A stretch of 55,293 bases of DNA from an uncultured Candidatus Poseidoniales archaeon (GCA_964598735.1 CAZRCY010000002.1:1-55293); one strand, 5' to 3'; shown: positions 1 through 10,210, numbered from the stretch's first letter. The notes: generated from the sequence alone by a model not told the origin. Numbers and translations: made by a program.

Positions 1-55
1 GGATGAGGTCCTAGTGCGTAGTGCTTCGCAGGTTCAAATCCTGTCCTCTGCACCA
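1..55 (+). tRNA. 3' portion of a tRNA gene, truncated by the window edge, with encoded CCA
   Basis: T-arm GCAGG-TTCAAAT-CCTGT at 28-44. Acceptor 3' strand CCTCTGC at 45-51, discriminator A52, CCA at 53-55. The anticodon cannot be resolved from this fragment. Confidence 0.6.
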
Positions 56-101
56 CTGACGTCTAACCATGAGTTTGAAGGGGTAATGCTCTTCCCACGG
101 A

Positions 102-1571
102 ATGATTACAGTGAGGACTGTCTCTGCCGTGTTACTCACCATTTTGATGGTAGGAGGGAGTTTAAGTGGATGCTTTGGAGAAGATGAAGAAATTATTGAA
201 GAAGAGCCTTCTCCCTTTGATTTCGGAAAAGTAATTCCAGATACAACATGGTATCATTACTCAGGAGGTGTTGATGCTCAAAATTTCTCTGCCGTTGAAG
301 AAGCAAATATTTCTGCAAATTTAACTGGAGAAAACATTCCATATTGGACTCAAGGATCATATTATGGAATTGGAATGAGTACCTTTGAGCCAACTATTGG
401 TATCACCTCAATGGATAACATATACATGTCAAGTTGGGGTAATGGCCCTTCTGGATCTACGGCTGTCATACAATGCTCTGGTTTAATCGAAATGACTTCG
501 GTCGCGGAATATTCTTGTGAGAATGTGTACAATCCACCGTTGCCGGTTCCCAACAGTAATGACCCCTACATATACGTAGACAAATGGACTGACAGAATAA
601 TGAAATTCGATATGCATGCACTTCTAGGAATGACTGTTGAATTCTCCGATGATGAGGGCAATACATGGCAAGATGGACAATTGGCTACTTCGATATATTC
701 TGTCCAAGACCATCAAACAATAGGGTCGGCTTTACTTCCAGCCCCTGGATATGCTACTACCTGGTCATTTTGCATTAATGGAAATGCCCCCCATCCCCTT
801 TGTTCAACGAGCTTTGATGGGGGAAGAACTTGGACACCTGAAGTCTCTGGTGCACCGATTAATTGTCAAAGTGGTGGGCTCACTGCTCACATTGAAGGGG
901 GCGTTAATGGTAATCTGTACAGAGGAAACATTGGATGTAACGGAGAAGGGTACTCAATATACAGAAGTACTAACGGGGGTCTGACTTGGACTGAGCATCC
1001 GTTACCAACAGAGGAAACTGGCACAGCAGACACTTGGAACGGGGAAGAGGCTCAGGTAGCGGTAGACGACGATGGTAATGTACATGCAATGTGGAATGGG
1101 CTGGATAACATGCCGTACTATGCATACTCTAGAGATGCAGGAGAAACTTGGAGTAATGCAATGATGATTGCACCCCCTGCAAATTTAGTAGGAACTGGGT
1201 TTCCCGTTGTAACTGCAGGTGCTGCGGGTAAGGTTGCATTTGGATACGTAGGAGACAGTGGAAATAATACTTGGAACGGATACATGACCGTAATTACAGA
1301 TGCTTTCAATGAGAATCCATTGATGACAACTGTTCAAATCAATGAACCCGGAAATCCTCTAGATACTGAAGACGGATGTGGCTACAATAGATGTGGAGGA
1401 CTGGGAGATTTTCTAGACATGTCAGTAGATCAATACGGAAGACCTTGGTTTGGATTGTCGCATAATATCGCTGATATCGGTATTTTTGCTACTATATCTG
1501 AAGGTGCAGCACTAAGGGGTTCAAATGGAAATTTGAGTGTAATGCCCACTGGTGGAGAAGAAACCCTCTAA
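102..1571 (+). CDS. Secreted lipoprotein with BNR/Asp-box repeats (sialidase-like beta-propeller)
   Basis: N-terminal signal peptide ending in the lipobox-like LSGCFG. Four Asp-box motifs (SxDxGxTW type): SDDEGNTW, SFDGGRTW, STNGGLTW, SRDAGETW. Confidence 0.75.
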   Translation: MITVRTVSAVLLTILMVGGSLSGCFGEDEEIIEEEPSPFDFGKVIPDTTWYHYSGGVDAQNFSAVEEANISANLTGENIPYWTQGSYYGIGMSTFEPTIGITSMDNIYMSSWGNGPSGSTAVIQCSGLIEMTSVAEYSCENVYNPPLPVPNSNDPYIYVDKWTDRIMKFDMHALLGMTVEFSDDEGNTWQDGQLATSIYSVQDHQTIGSALLPAPGYATTWSFCINGNAPHPLCSTSFDGGRTWTPEVSGAPINCQSGGLTAHIEGGVNGNLYRGNIGCNGEGYSIYRSTNGGLTWTEHPLPTEETGTADTWNGEEAQVAVDDDGNVHAMWNGLDNMPYYAYSRDAGETWSNAMMIAPPANLVGTGFPVVTAGAAGKVAFGYVGDSGNNTWNGYMTVITDAFNENPLMTTVQINEPGNPLDTEDGCGYNRCGGLGDFLDMSVDQYGRPWFGLSHNIADIGIFATISEGAALRGSNGNLSVMPTGGEETL

Positions 1572-1951
1572 GGACAGGTCTTCAGCCCGCCTTGAATACT
1601 CAACATTATGATTTGACCAGAGGTAGCGGAACTATCGATTATATTCGGCGCTGTCGTTATCTCATTACCTTTGATGAGTATTTTGTCGCTGGTAATTTTC
1701 TAATCGAGATGGTGTAAAGTCTGACGATCTGATTGCTTACTTTGAGACTGTACTATACCTTATGTTGCCCCCGTTGACATTGTTTTCCCACAGCCCGTGA
1801 AGAGAGGATGAGATTTTTGGCCTTCATTGAGATTAGGAATAATTACTACAATCGTATTGTATGGAATTGGTGTTGCTATTGCTACAAAATTAGTTACAGG
1901 CGGACAAGCATGAAAAGCGACTTATCTTGAAAGACGTTTGGAGGAGTCGAA

Positions 1952-2746
1952 TTGCCGGGTGTTTTCGATCGTTCTAGAAAGAAAGCCTTAGTCCGAAATA
2001 TTTCTTCTAATTTCGATAGTGCTGTTTCTAAATTCTTTGGTAGTCGCCCCCCTAGAGTAGATGCTGCAAAGATACAACACCAAGGATACGTCGATGCATT
2101 ACGAACGTCTGGGGTTGTTGTTGAAATTCTTGAAGAATTACCTGGTCACCCAGATTGTTGTTTTGTGGAAGATACTGCTGTGATTTTTGATGACCTTGCT
2201 GTGATATGTAGACCAGGTCATCCATCAAGAGCAAATGAAGTACATACAATATCTGAACGATTGAGTAAGGATTTTGAGATTAAATTTCTCTCTTCAGAAG
2301 CAAAAATGGATGGGGGGGATATTGTGTTCACTGGGAATGGATTTTTGATTGGACGTTCCACAAGAACTAATGATATTGGAATTAATGAACTAAGTAAAAT
2401 TGCCTCAAGACTTGGATACTCCACACAAGTTATCGATGTACCTAATTCTACTCTACATTTAACAACAGTATGTTCTGTTCCCAAGAATGGAATGTTAATT
2501 GCTGCAGAAGGCCATTTGAGACCTGAACAAATTAATGGTTTTGATGATATCATATGGGTTCCCAATAGTGAAACATATGCTTCTAATACCATCGCAATGG
2601 AAAGTGGAATAGTACTGGTTAGTGCTGGATTCCCAATAACAAAACAGAGACTTGAAATGGCTGGGTTTGAAACTAAGGAAGTGGAAATGGACGAAATTAT
2701 GCAAGCAGATGGAAGTTTGACTTGTTTGTCTCTATTCATAGGATGA
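1952..2746 (+). CDS. Amidinotransferase-fold enzyme, dimethylarginine dimethylaminohydrolase (DDAH)/arginine deiminase superfamily
   Basis: TTG start with a strong SD (GGAGGAG, 1940-1946). Motifs DGGDIVF and LHLTTV, and the C-terminal catalytic-Cys motif DGSLTCLS typical of DDAH-like enzymes. Confidence 0.65.
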   Translation: MPGVFDRSRKKALVRNISSNFDSAVSKFFGSRPPRVDAAKIQHQGYVDALRTSGVVVEILEELPGHPDCCFVEDTAVIFDDLAVICRPGHPSRANEVHTISERLSKDFEIKFLSSEAKMDGGDIVFTGNGFLIGRSTRTNDIGINELSKIASRLGYSTQVIDVPNSTLHLTTVCSVPKNGMLIAAEGHLRPEQINGFDDIIWVPNSETYASNTIAMESGIVLVSAGFPITKQRLEMAGFETKEVEMDEIMQADGSLTCLSLFIG

Positions 2747-2756
2747 GTGCCATTTT

Positions 2757-3416
2757 ATGGAATCTGTACAGAAACTGAAAAGAGAGTCTCTCTATGTATT
2801 GACCATAGCAATCGGTCTCCCAATTTCAGCGTATATCTCTGAATGGCCAGTGAACGTTTGGTGTATTGGATTATTCGTCTATCTATTTCGTAAAGCTGAA
2901 AGAAAAGAACGGGTAGAAATGTTAGTAGTACTTTCATTTGCCACTCCAATGGAGTTATTCTTTAGTGAAATATGGTTGATTTATGAATATCAAAGAGAAA
3001 TTATGCCATTATACGTCCCTGTTGGTCACTGGTTTCTCTTCGATCTTGGAAGGAGAATTGCTACACGATTACCTAGTGGAAGAAAGGTTTCAGCGTGGAT
3101 GGTATTTCCTTTTATCCCGCTCACAATTTGGATGGCATTTACCGGAGTAGACACTTCTGGTGTTATTTTACTAATTATCATGTATTCTTTCGTTAAGTGG
3201 GGCCCTGCTCCAATGCTATACTCAGTAATGGGATGGTTGGCATTAGGAATGGAATTATGGGGAACCTGGTTAGGAACTTGGGCTTGGGATAGTAATGTCC
3301 CATGGACGGGACTTACTGCCTGGAATCCCCCATTACTTTGTGGTGCATTTTATGCGTTTGGTGACATGTTAGTAAATATTACAGCATCAAAATTGGAGTT
3401 ATATCGAGACCGTTGA
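2757..3416 (+). CDS. Integral membrane protein, unknown function
   Basis: 219-aa ORF with several hydrophobic helices, 10 nt downstream of the DDAH-like gene. No recognisable motif. Confidence 0.5.
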   Translation: MESVQKLKRESLYVLTIAIGLPISAYISEWPVNVWCIGLFVYLFRKAERKERVEMLVVLSFATPMELFFSEIWLIYEYQREIMPLYVPVGHWFLFDLGRRIATRLPSGRKVSAWMVFPFIPLTIWMAFTGVDTSGVILLIIMYSFVKWGPAPMLYSVMGWLALGMELWGTWLGTWAWDSNVPWTGLTAWNPPLLCGAFYAFGDMLVNITASKLELYRDR

Positions 3417-3446
3417 TTTGAACTGTTACCATCGATTCGGAAGGGT

Positions 3447-5216
3447 ATGAACTCGCGGCATGGGGCTGCAATTTTGATCATTGTCTTGATGGTTTTTGCT
3501 CCTTTATCGGGATGTTTTGGTAGGTCAAATGATATTGGGCCAAGTTCGTCTGACGACGTTATAATCACACCAGAGATATGGACGGGTGGGGTCTTCCAAG
3601 GAGTCACTGTTAGTGCTGAAACCGACCTTTCGGCCTTCGTTCCGTACTTGATTCAGAATCCAGAAACTGGATTTATTCAGAATTCTACTGTCGTTGATCT
3701 CAGGGCAGGTGAATCAGTCCTTTTGTCAGTATTAGCTCCACCACGAACAGACACCGCGGTTATTTTGATTGGTGATTATGGCCGTGAAGAGTGGCCAGTT
3801 CGGGAAATCAATGAATCTTGGAGAACTTGGTATGGACGTGGTGGTTTTGAACGGTCTGACAATCAAATTATTCAACGAGTAGATGGAGTGAATAACTCGC
3901 TAGATACAGTACAAATATCAAACAATACTGCCGGTCCAGTAATTGCGATTCAAATCCCAATCGTACGACCTATGGCTGCTGCCTATACTGATGCAATGGG
4001 AGGTAGACATTCAACAGGGCTCGTAGATGGACTAAACGTCTTCAATTATATCAGCCATATATCAGACGAGACCGAGGATTTGACCGATGGTGCCGACGGT
4101 GCTGTGGGTTATCTAGACAGGTGGGCTGGACAAGGAAATCTAGCCTACGAAGATGCCGCGCAATACCTTATCGGACAGATGGAAGATTTTGGTTTAGAGG
4201 TCATAAATCAGCGTTTCACCTACGATTCGCTCATGACTGGTGCCCAAAATCCTGAAGCATACAATATCTGCGGCTACCGATTTGGTGAAGTTGATCCAAA
4301 CAAGTGGATGGTTTTTGGTGCTCATTTCGACATCGCTCCACCTGTAAACGCAGGAATGTTAGATCCACATATTTTCGGAAGAACCTACGGAACTCGTGTC
4401 GGTGCTTATGATAACACGGCTGGAACAAGTATGGTTCTAGAAGTCGCCAGAGCTATGGCAAATTATCCAACACGTAATACTATGGTTTTCTGCCTCTGGT
4501 CCGGAGAAGAAGGCGGTAAACGAGGCAGTGACTTCTGGACAGATGAATGGGTGAAAGAAGACAATCCAGATGTAGAGGTCACAAATTACGTGAATCTAGA
4601 CATGGCTGGAGTAAATTGGCCTGGTGGAGGTGGGGCTCCCTGTGGCAATGGGCACGGAGGTGGAGATGGGAATTGCGATCCTCAGCCAGAAGTTGACCCC
4701 GACGGTTATCCAAAAGATGAGGAAGTGTGGCCAATGCGAGTATACATCGGCCCAAGTTTGGATCACGATGTCATGAATCAACCGGAGATGGTTGGGCTAG
4801 CAATGTGGATTGGGTCAGATGCAATCGGTGTTGAAGAACAAATGGCTCCTCTAATCGGAGTGGGACATTCGGAAGATACTTGGAAAGTTGATGATTGGAT
4901 GGCAAAAGATCGTCCAGAAATAATTGTCTATGAAGATACCACAGCACGTTCCGATCATGCTACTTTCCAAGATAATCTTGGCACAGTAACAATGGGCTTT
5001 GGCGGCCTTGTAGATGGATATTGGTGTTATCATCAAACATGCGATACGGTTGATGAAATGATAGACTGGATGGATACTACTGGAAAGGACTATGGTGAAC
5101 CACGTAGTGGAACTAGCAATCTTGTTGATGCGTTGGATACTATTACTTGGTGGGCAACATACTCTTTCTTTCACCTAGATGAGCAGCCAATTCGAAATTC
5201 ATATCTTGAAAGTTAG
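3447..5216 (+). CDS. Secreted M28-family zinc aminopeptidase lipoprotein
   Basis: Signal peptide with LSGCFG. M28 metal-ligand motifs GAHFD, YDNTAGTSMVLEVARA, SGEEGGKRGS and VNLDMAG. Gly/Cys-rich insertion GGGAPCGNGHGGGDGNCD. Confidence 0.75.
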   Translation: MNSRHGAAILIIVLMVFAPLSGCFGRSNDIGPSSSDDVIITPEIWTGGVFQGVTVSAETDLSAFVPYLIQNPETGFIQNSTVVDLRAGESVLLSVLAPPRTDTAVILIGDYGREEWPVREINESWRTWYGRGGFERSDNQIIQRVDGVNNSLDTVQISNNTAGPVIAIQIPIVRPMAAAYTDAMGGRHSTGLVDGLNVFNYISHISDETEDLTDGADGAVGYLDRWAGQGNLAYEDAAQYLIGQMEDFGLEVINQRFTYDSLMTGAQNPEAYNICGYRFGEVDPNKWMVFGAHFDIAPPVNAGMLDPHIFGRTYGTRVGAYDNTAGTSMVLEVARAMANYPTRNTMVFCLWSGEEGGKRGSDFWTDEWVKEDNPDVEVTNYVNLDMAGVNWPGGGGAPCGNGHGGGDGNCDPQPEVDPDGYPKDEEVWPMRVYIGPSLDHDVMNQPEMVGLAMWIGSDAIGVEEQMAPLIGVGHSEDTWKVDDWMAKDRPEIIVYEDTTARSDHATFQDNLGTVTMGFGGLVDGYWCYHQTCDTVDEMIDWMDTTGKDYGEPRSGTSNLVDALDTITWWATYSFFHLDEQPIRNSYLES

Positions 5217-5230
5217 ATGAATATATTTGA

Positions 5231-6127
5231 TTATCCATTTCGAAGGATACGTCTAAAAATCGATGGAATTCGGGAAGTGACAAACATCTTTTCTCCATTA
5301 GGATGAATAAATCGAAGAGAAGAGGCATGAAGACATAATCGCCCCGCTGAATTTCTACCCCTACCATACATTGTATCTCCTGAAACTGGAGCATTCAAAG
5401 CATTCATTTGTAATCGAATTTGGGCACGACGTCCGGTCATAATTGAAAGTGAAACAAGTGTTCTATCACCTACTACTTCTTCTACGTTCCAATGAGTAAT
5501 GGCTTCTTTGGAGTCTTTTGTATTTTTAGAAGATACAATTCTGACTCTCAAATCTTTACTTTGTTGAATCCAATCATGAGATATTCCGGACTGGGTAGGC
5601 AATATGCCCTCCAAAACGGCATGATAAATACGCTCGATGCTTCTCTCAAAGAATTGATGTTGTAACATCTCTTTGGTGTGAAAATCTTTTGCAAATAACA
5701 TGCATCCAGATGTTTCTCTATCTAGTCTATGTACAATGAAAATTCTGCCCTTTTCTCTACCTTTAACCCATTCAAAAACCCTAGAATGCATGGTATCTTT
5801 TTCGTTTCCAAAATCGGTAGATACCGACAATAATCCCACGGGTTTATTCACAACCAAAATTTGTTCGTCTTCGTATAGAATATCAGGATCTTTCTCTAAG
5901 GTTCGCTTTAATTTACGCGGAGCAGTCCCCTCACTTTTTGGAAGTACTGAAACTAATTGTCCTGGAATTACAGGAGTTTTTGCAATTCTACAGACGTTGT
6001 TGTCCAACAATATTCTTCCGGAATCAATCATCTTTCTAATGGAATTCTTAGAAGCAGTAGGATGAATCAGTACAACAGTAGAAAGTAGGTCTCCTTCTTC
6101 CGAAATTGTATGATTTATTCTAGACAT
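5231..6127 (-). CDS. RluA-family pseudouridine synthase with N-terminal S4 domain (RluD/RluC-like)
   Basis: Catalytic motif HRLDRETSGCMLFAK and GRRAQIRLQM (equivalent to GRTHQIRVH). The preferred ATG at 6127 lies 2 nt after the upstream stop. The ORF track extends to a GTG at 6139. Confidence 0.8.
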   Translation of the reverse strand: MSRINHTISEEGDLLSTVVLIHPTASKNSIRKMIDSGRILLDNNVCRIAKTPVIPGQLVSVLPKSEGTAPRKLKRTLEKDPDILYEDEQILVVNKPVGLLSVSTDFGNEKDTMHSRVFEWVKGREKGRIFIVHRLDRETSGCMLFAKDFHTKEMLQHQFFERSIERIYHAVLEGILPTQSGISHDWIQQSKDLRVRIVSSKNTKDSKEAITHWNVEEVVGDRTLVSLSIMTGRRAQIRLQMNALNAPVSGDTMYGRGRNSAGRLCLHASSLRFIHPNGEKMFVTSRIPSIFRRILRNG

Positions 6128-6129
6128 GA

Positions 6130-9100
6130 TCACAACCACTGAGCTAGTTCTGAAGCATTCTTGGCTACTCCAACGCCTAATGTCTCTTCTAGTGCTCTAG
6201 CAAGTAATGTAAAATCAGAATCTCGAGTTGCTACAATAACTGAGCCAATATTAGGATATGTAGATGAGGCAAGATGGGTGGCAGTTCTCATTATATCTAA
6301 ATCTCCAGATTCTGGATATATACTATCTCCATTAAATTCTGTTCTTTTATCCGCGGTTCCACGTTGATCTTTGAAATCTGTAACCCTTCTGTATATTTCA
6401 CTGTGAGATTGAATAAACGACTCGACAGCATTCAATTCACCTTCTACAGCATCTAAGAATTCTGATGATGATGGTTCCCAATCATGGAAGGACTCGAGAA
6501 TCTCGTAATGCATTTTCTCTAAAATTTCTGACGTGATTGCCTCACGATACGCATCTAGATTGATGTGTTGATTAGAGCCTGAAAACAGAGAAAGTGCTCG
6601 TTCAGGATCAAATTCACCGGTATCACTGCTACCAATCTTATTCATGAACTCGTGTTTAGCGGTCAAGGGTACATAGGTTCTAATACGCCGTTCAAGACGT
6701 AAATGACGAAGATTATGGTGAAATAAAAGGGACGAATTTGGATTAATAATTCCATTTCGATCCATAGCCATTTTTCTAAGAACTGCAGCGGATAAAGCAT
6801 CTATCAGTAAATTTGTATCAATGACTACCAACGGAGCTAAATCTACTGAACTTAAAATACGACGAGATCGTATTGGGATATTAGACTCGTGTTTTGAATA
6901 CAACGTTTTCATTGATGCAATCAATCTTGCCTTTTCCATACGACCAAGATAATTGCATGCCGATACAGCATGTTCTAGCATCCCTAATGCACGGATAGGA
7001 TCTTCCGATGCTATTTCATTGGCAATACTGAATAATTCCAAAGGTTCTTCTTCATCCTTGATAGCCTCTCGGAATCGATTCTCGATCCTTGTTCTTCCGG
7101 ACTTATTCTTTTCGCGGATGTGATTTAAAGCTGCACGAACACGGCCTACAAATGGTTCCTCAGGAAGATTACGTTTTGTAGGGTAAGTCATCAAAGACTC
7201 AATCAGATCTTCTTTTCTCCTATTCCTTTCTCTTTGGGATGAATATGCCGAATCTTCTTCTTCAGTAGATATATTTGGAACTTTTTCGTCCACGAAATCA
7301 AGTATAGCCTTTCGTGACATATCTCTGGTCTTTGAATTTCTTTTACCTCGATTTTGTTGTTGAATTTCAGCAGAATGAGAGACTTGTAAATACAATTTGA
7401 ACCTTGAGGTAATGGTAGTGGCTAATTCTTCATGACTGCTCAGTAATGCTACTGCTTCAGACCATCCTTGTGCCTGAGCAAAACCAATTAATGATTTACG
7501 ATATAAGCGAGTGGCTATCTCAAAATCACAATGTGGTTCAGCTTGAAAACGTGGGGCCGCTTGTTTGTATAAACGAGCTGCTTCTCTGTAACGTTGCGTA
7601 TTTACTTTAATTGCAGCATTTGCAACAGGAGACCATTCAGAACCGGGTCTATTTTCTTGTAACCACGAAACGAAACTTTGAGATGCAATTTCATGCTCTA
7701 GAAGCATTCGTTGTACTTGATTGAGAAAGATAGCTGAGAAATTATTTTCAATAATCTGATTAAGTAACTCTGATGCATGTTTTTTACGACTACTATCACT
7801 CATCTGAATTTCGTTATTTACCCTATTCATTCTCAGGAGATTCACAATTGCTTGAAATAATGAAGATTCTAAACTGGAAAGATTGGCTGTTGCTATTGAT
7901 TCTTCGAGAGTGTCAATTCTCTTTTCACTAACTAGTCCATCTCCTCCATCCATCAATGCTCGACGTGTTTCACGCAAAACCTCTGAGCCGGACTCTGGTA
8001 ATCGTCCAAGAAGTTCGTCCAGGTTTGCATTGCCCCCATCTAATAAACGAATCAAGGCAGCTTCATGTATGCTCAGGAATTCAGGTATATCTGAAGAAGT
8101 AATCGAGTCGTGAGCTTTGGCTCTTTCGTTCTGAAGCCATTGTATTGTCTCTTCACCAATATTTGCAGGTGCTAATGCACTACAAAGTAGAACTGAATAG
8201 GGTCTGGTAGAGCCATCTACCTTTGAGGAATACAATATCAATGATAAGGAAAAAATGTCTACCTGAGTTGAGAGTATCTCTATGGCTGAATCGAGAACAT
8301 CTGGTGGAAGTACTGTTCTTTCATTTGCAATTAATTTTGAACATGCGAGACGAATTAACATTGGATATTTTGAATCTGTTACAATTTCTGACCAAGTAAT
8401 CAAAGAAAAGTCTGGTGCTTTATCGACTAATCTGGTAATCAATAATTCGTTATCTCCTGCTAACGATGAGGCTTGGATAAATGACTCTTCATCATCAATT
8501 CTTGTTTCTAAAACAAGTTCTGTTGCTGATTCTAAATCCCCAGTTTCTGCGACCTGCTTAACCAGCATCCAACGAAGAGTATCAGATACGGGTTCCCCAT
8601 GTAATTCTAAAAGCATCATTCCTGACTCAATCTTTTTTGAATCGATTTGTCTATCGATAGGAGGGTTTTTCCATGCTTCCAAAAGCATAACAATTGACAG
8701 AGGATCTTTTCCTGTGACTTCTGAACAGTGATCCCAAGACGAACTATCCCCTGACCTAAGCCTAGTTAAGGCAATCATATCGTTTACTGATTCCATTAAT
8801 ATCTTATTTTCACTTTCAATTGACTGGAGAATTTTCAATGATTTTTCTAATTCACCGGCTGCTATCAAAAGATATGCCCCCAGCAACATGTGTTCTGGAA
8901 TTGTGGAGGAAAGAAGTTCTTCGGGGATACTCTTCTGAATTTGATTCATTCTCATCTTTTTGCCTTGAAGTCCTTTAGATAAACGTTGAATTTTGAGAAT
9001 TCCTGCTGAGCCAAGATTTAGTGTTGGGAATTTTTCTAACAAGTCACCAAGCGATGAAACGTCCACTGGGTCGATTCTAGAACCTTTTATCCAACTCTCA

Positions 9101-9600
9101 TCTACTTCTACAGACTGATTTTCAACTTCCAGAGAGGGAAATGCTCCTAATTGAGCGATTAATGGGCATTCTCGAGATGCTATTGACCAAACTGAGTGAA
9201 TGCCGGAAACGCAATCGTTTCTCAATTGGTCGATATTCAAATCAAATTTTGAGTCCCAGTTTTTTGGATCCTTACCCTTGTGAATCAGTAATGTTGCAAG
9301 TTGGAATGCTGGTAAGAAATTTCCAGAAATTACTTGAGGAGGAGAGGGTAGAGAATCCTCAATTCCAGAAAATCCTTTAGCACCTCGTCTTCGACCTCCC
9401 CGTCTTCTAGTTACCTTGACCTTTACTTCCTCATCTGGATTAACTGGTTCCTCTTTTCGAAGAATTGTAATAGCAATTGATTTCCATGGTTTTTCTAATA
9501 AATTGAAGGCATCGTTCCCAATTAGAGTCCTAATTCGTGTATTAGGATCGTCTCCAGAACGGAGGGCGTTTTCGATTGCTTCCTTGAGGCGGTCCTCCAT
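6130..9600 (-). CDS. Large helical-repeat protein with C-terminal split PIN-like nuclease domain
   Basis: ORF of 1171 aa as given in the track. The preferred ATG at 9600 (MEDRLKEAIE) has GGAGGG about 7 nt upstream. The C-terminus carries PIN-type acidic motifs VVIDTNLLIDAL, ESGDLDIMRTA and VIVATRDSDF, separated by a long insert. There is an Arg-rich patch, RRRGGRRRGAKG. The rest looks alpha-helical/TPR-like. Confidence 0.55.
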   Translation of the reverse strand: MEDRLKEAIENALRSGDDPNTRIRTLIGNDAFNLLEKPWKSIAITILRKEEPVNPDEEVKVKVTRRRGGRRRGAKGFSGIEDSLPSPPQVISGNFLPAFQLATLLIHKGKDPKNWDSKFDLNIDQLRNDCVSGIHSVWSIASRECPLIAQLGAFPSLEVENQSVEVDESWIKGSRIDPVDVSSLGDLLEKFPTLNLGSAGILKIQRLSKGLQGKKMRMNQIQKSIPEELLSSTIPEHMLLGAYLLIAAGELEKSLKILQSIESENKILMESVNDMIALTRLRSGDSSSWDHCSEVTGKDPLSIVMLLEAWKNPPIDRQIDSKKIESGMMLLELHGEPVSDTLRWMLVKQVAETGDLESATELVLETRIDDEESFIQASSLAGDNELLITRLVDKAPDFSLITWSEIVTDSKYPMLIRLACSKLIANERTVLPPDVLDSAIEILSTQVDIFSLSLILYSSKVDGSTRPYSVLLCSALAPANIGEETIQWLQNERAKAHDSITSSDIPEFLSIHEAALIRLLDGGNANLDELLGRLPESGSEVLRETRRALMDGGDGLVSEKRIDTLEESIATANLSSLESSLFQAIVNLLRMNRVNNEIQMSDSSRKKHASELLNQIIENNFSAIFLNQVQRMLLEHEIASQSFVSWLQENRPGSEWSPVANAAIKVNTQRYREAARLYKQAAPRFQAEPHCDFEIATRLYRKSLIGFAQAQGWSEAVALLSSHEELATTITSRFKLYLQVSHSAEIQQQNRGKRNSKTRDMSRKAILDFVDEKVPNISTEEEDSAYSSQRERNRRKEDLIESLMTYPTKRNLPEEPFVGRVRAALNHIREKNKSGRTRIENRFREAIKDEEEPLELFSIANEIASEDPIRALGMLEHAVSACNYLGRMEKARLIASMKTLYSKHESNIPIRSRRILSSVDLAPLVVIDTNLLIDALSAAVLRKMAMDRNGIINPNSSLLFHHNLRHLRLERRIRTYVPLTAKHEFMNKIGSSDTGEFDPERALSLFSGSNQHINLDAYREAITSEILEKMHYEILESFHDWEPSSSEFLDAVEGELNAVESFIQSHSEIYRRVTDFKDQRGTADKRTEFNGDSIYPESGDLDIMRTATHLASSTYPNIGSVIVATRDSDFTLLARALEETLGVGVAKNASELAQWL

Positions 9601-9709
9601 CCTTCGCCCTCCAACGAAGGGGTGCGCTCGTCCAGCATACATCAACGATTCGCCATAAAATGAGACATAAGACCCTCAGAATGATGTCCTAAGTCCCCGT
9701 CCAAGGAGT

Positions 9710-10192
9710 ATGGATGGTCTGGACATCGTTATCCTCTTGCTCCATCCGGTTGTAGCTACTGCTTTCATAATATGGATTCTGAATAAAAGGTCAAGGAAGC
9801 GGTTTGTAACTAGCCACAGTGAAATTAGTCATGGAAATAATGGTAAATCTGTTAGTCGATCGAGGATTTTTGTCATATCTTGGGCACTTGTAATCAGTGG
9901 CTTTGTCGCAAATTTTATTTTTAATTATCGGAATGGTAATACAGATATTGTTTCGATTTTGATACCAGCAGGTGTTGGAAGTTTACATTCAATTGGGGGG
10001 TTGTTAGGCATCTTTTTGCTGACTTTGATAACTATACGAAAGAGGCGTTCTTCAACTCATCATAATCATGAAATTAAGGATGCAAATAACAAGAATAAAT
10101 CTGGGCAACTATCCCAAAATTTAGTGACTATTGTGATAATTGGACATGCATTTTTGGGTTTTATTTGGTTGATTGAATTGATTTCAACATAA
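9710..10192 (+). CDS. Small integral membrane protein
   Basis: 160 aa with about 4 hydrophobic segments. Divergent from the large PIN gene. No family motif recognised. Confidence 0.45.
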   Translation: MDGLDIVILLLHPVVATAFIIWILNKRSRKRFVTSHSEISHGNNGKSVSRSRIFVISWALVISGFVANFIFNYRNGNTDIVSILIPAGVGSLHSIGGLLGIFLLTLITIRKRRSSTHHNHEIKDANNKNKSGQLSQNLVTIVIIGHAFLGFIWLIELIST

Positions 10193-10210
10193 GTTATGAA
10201 ATCTTATAAT

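Noticed and set aside
1-1600. Possibility of a tRNA-targeted integrated element downstream of the partial tRNA
   Set aside because: No integrase, no duplicated copy of the tRNA 3' end and no phage or plasmid genes were seen in the window. The downstream genes look like ordinary chromosomal hydrolases.
1672-1732. Possible box C/D sRNA (TGATGA at 1672-1677, CTGA at 1721-1724 and 1729-1732)
   Set aside because: No credible D' or C' boxes occur at the expected 12-nt guide spacing, and there is no terminal stem. The boxes are short enough to occur by chance.
1827-1910. 27-aa TTG-initiated hydrophobic micro-ORF (LRLGIITTIVLYGIGVAIATKLVTGGQA)
   Set aside because: It has a non-ATG start, no SD and very short length. 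The evidence is insufficient to call a gene.
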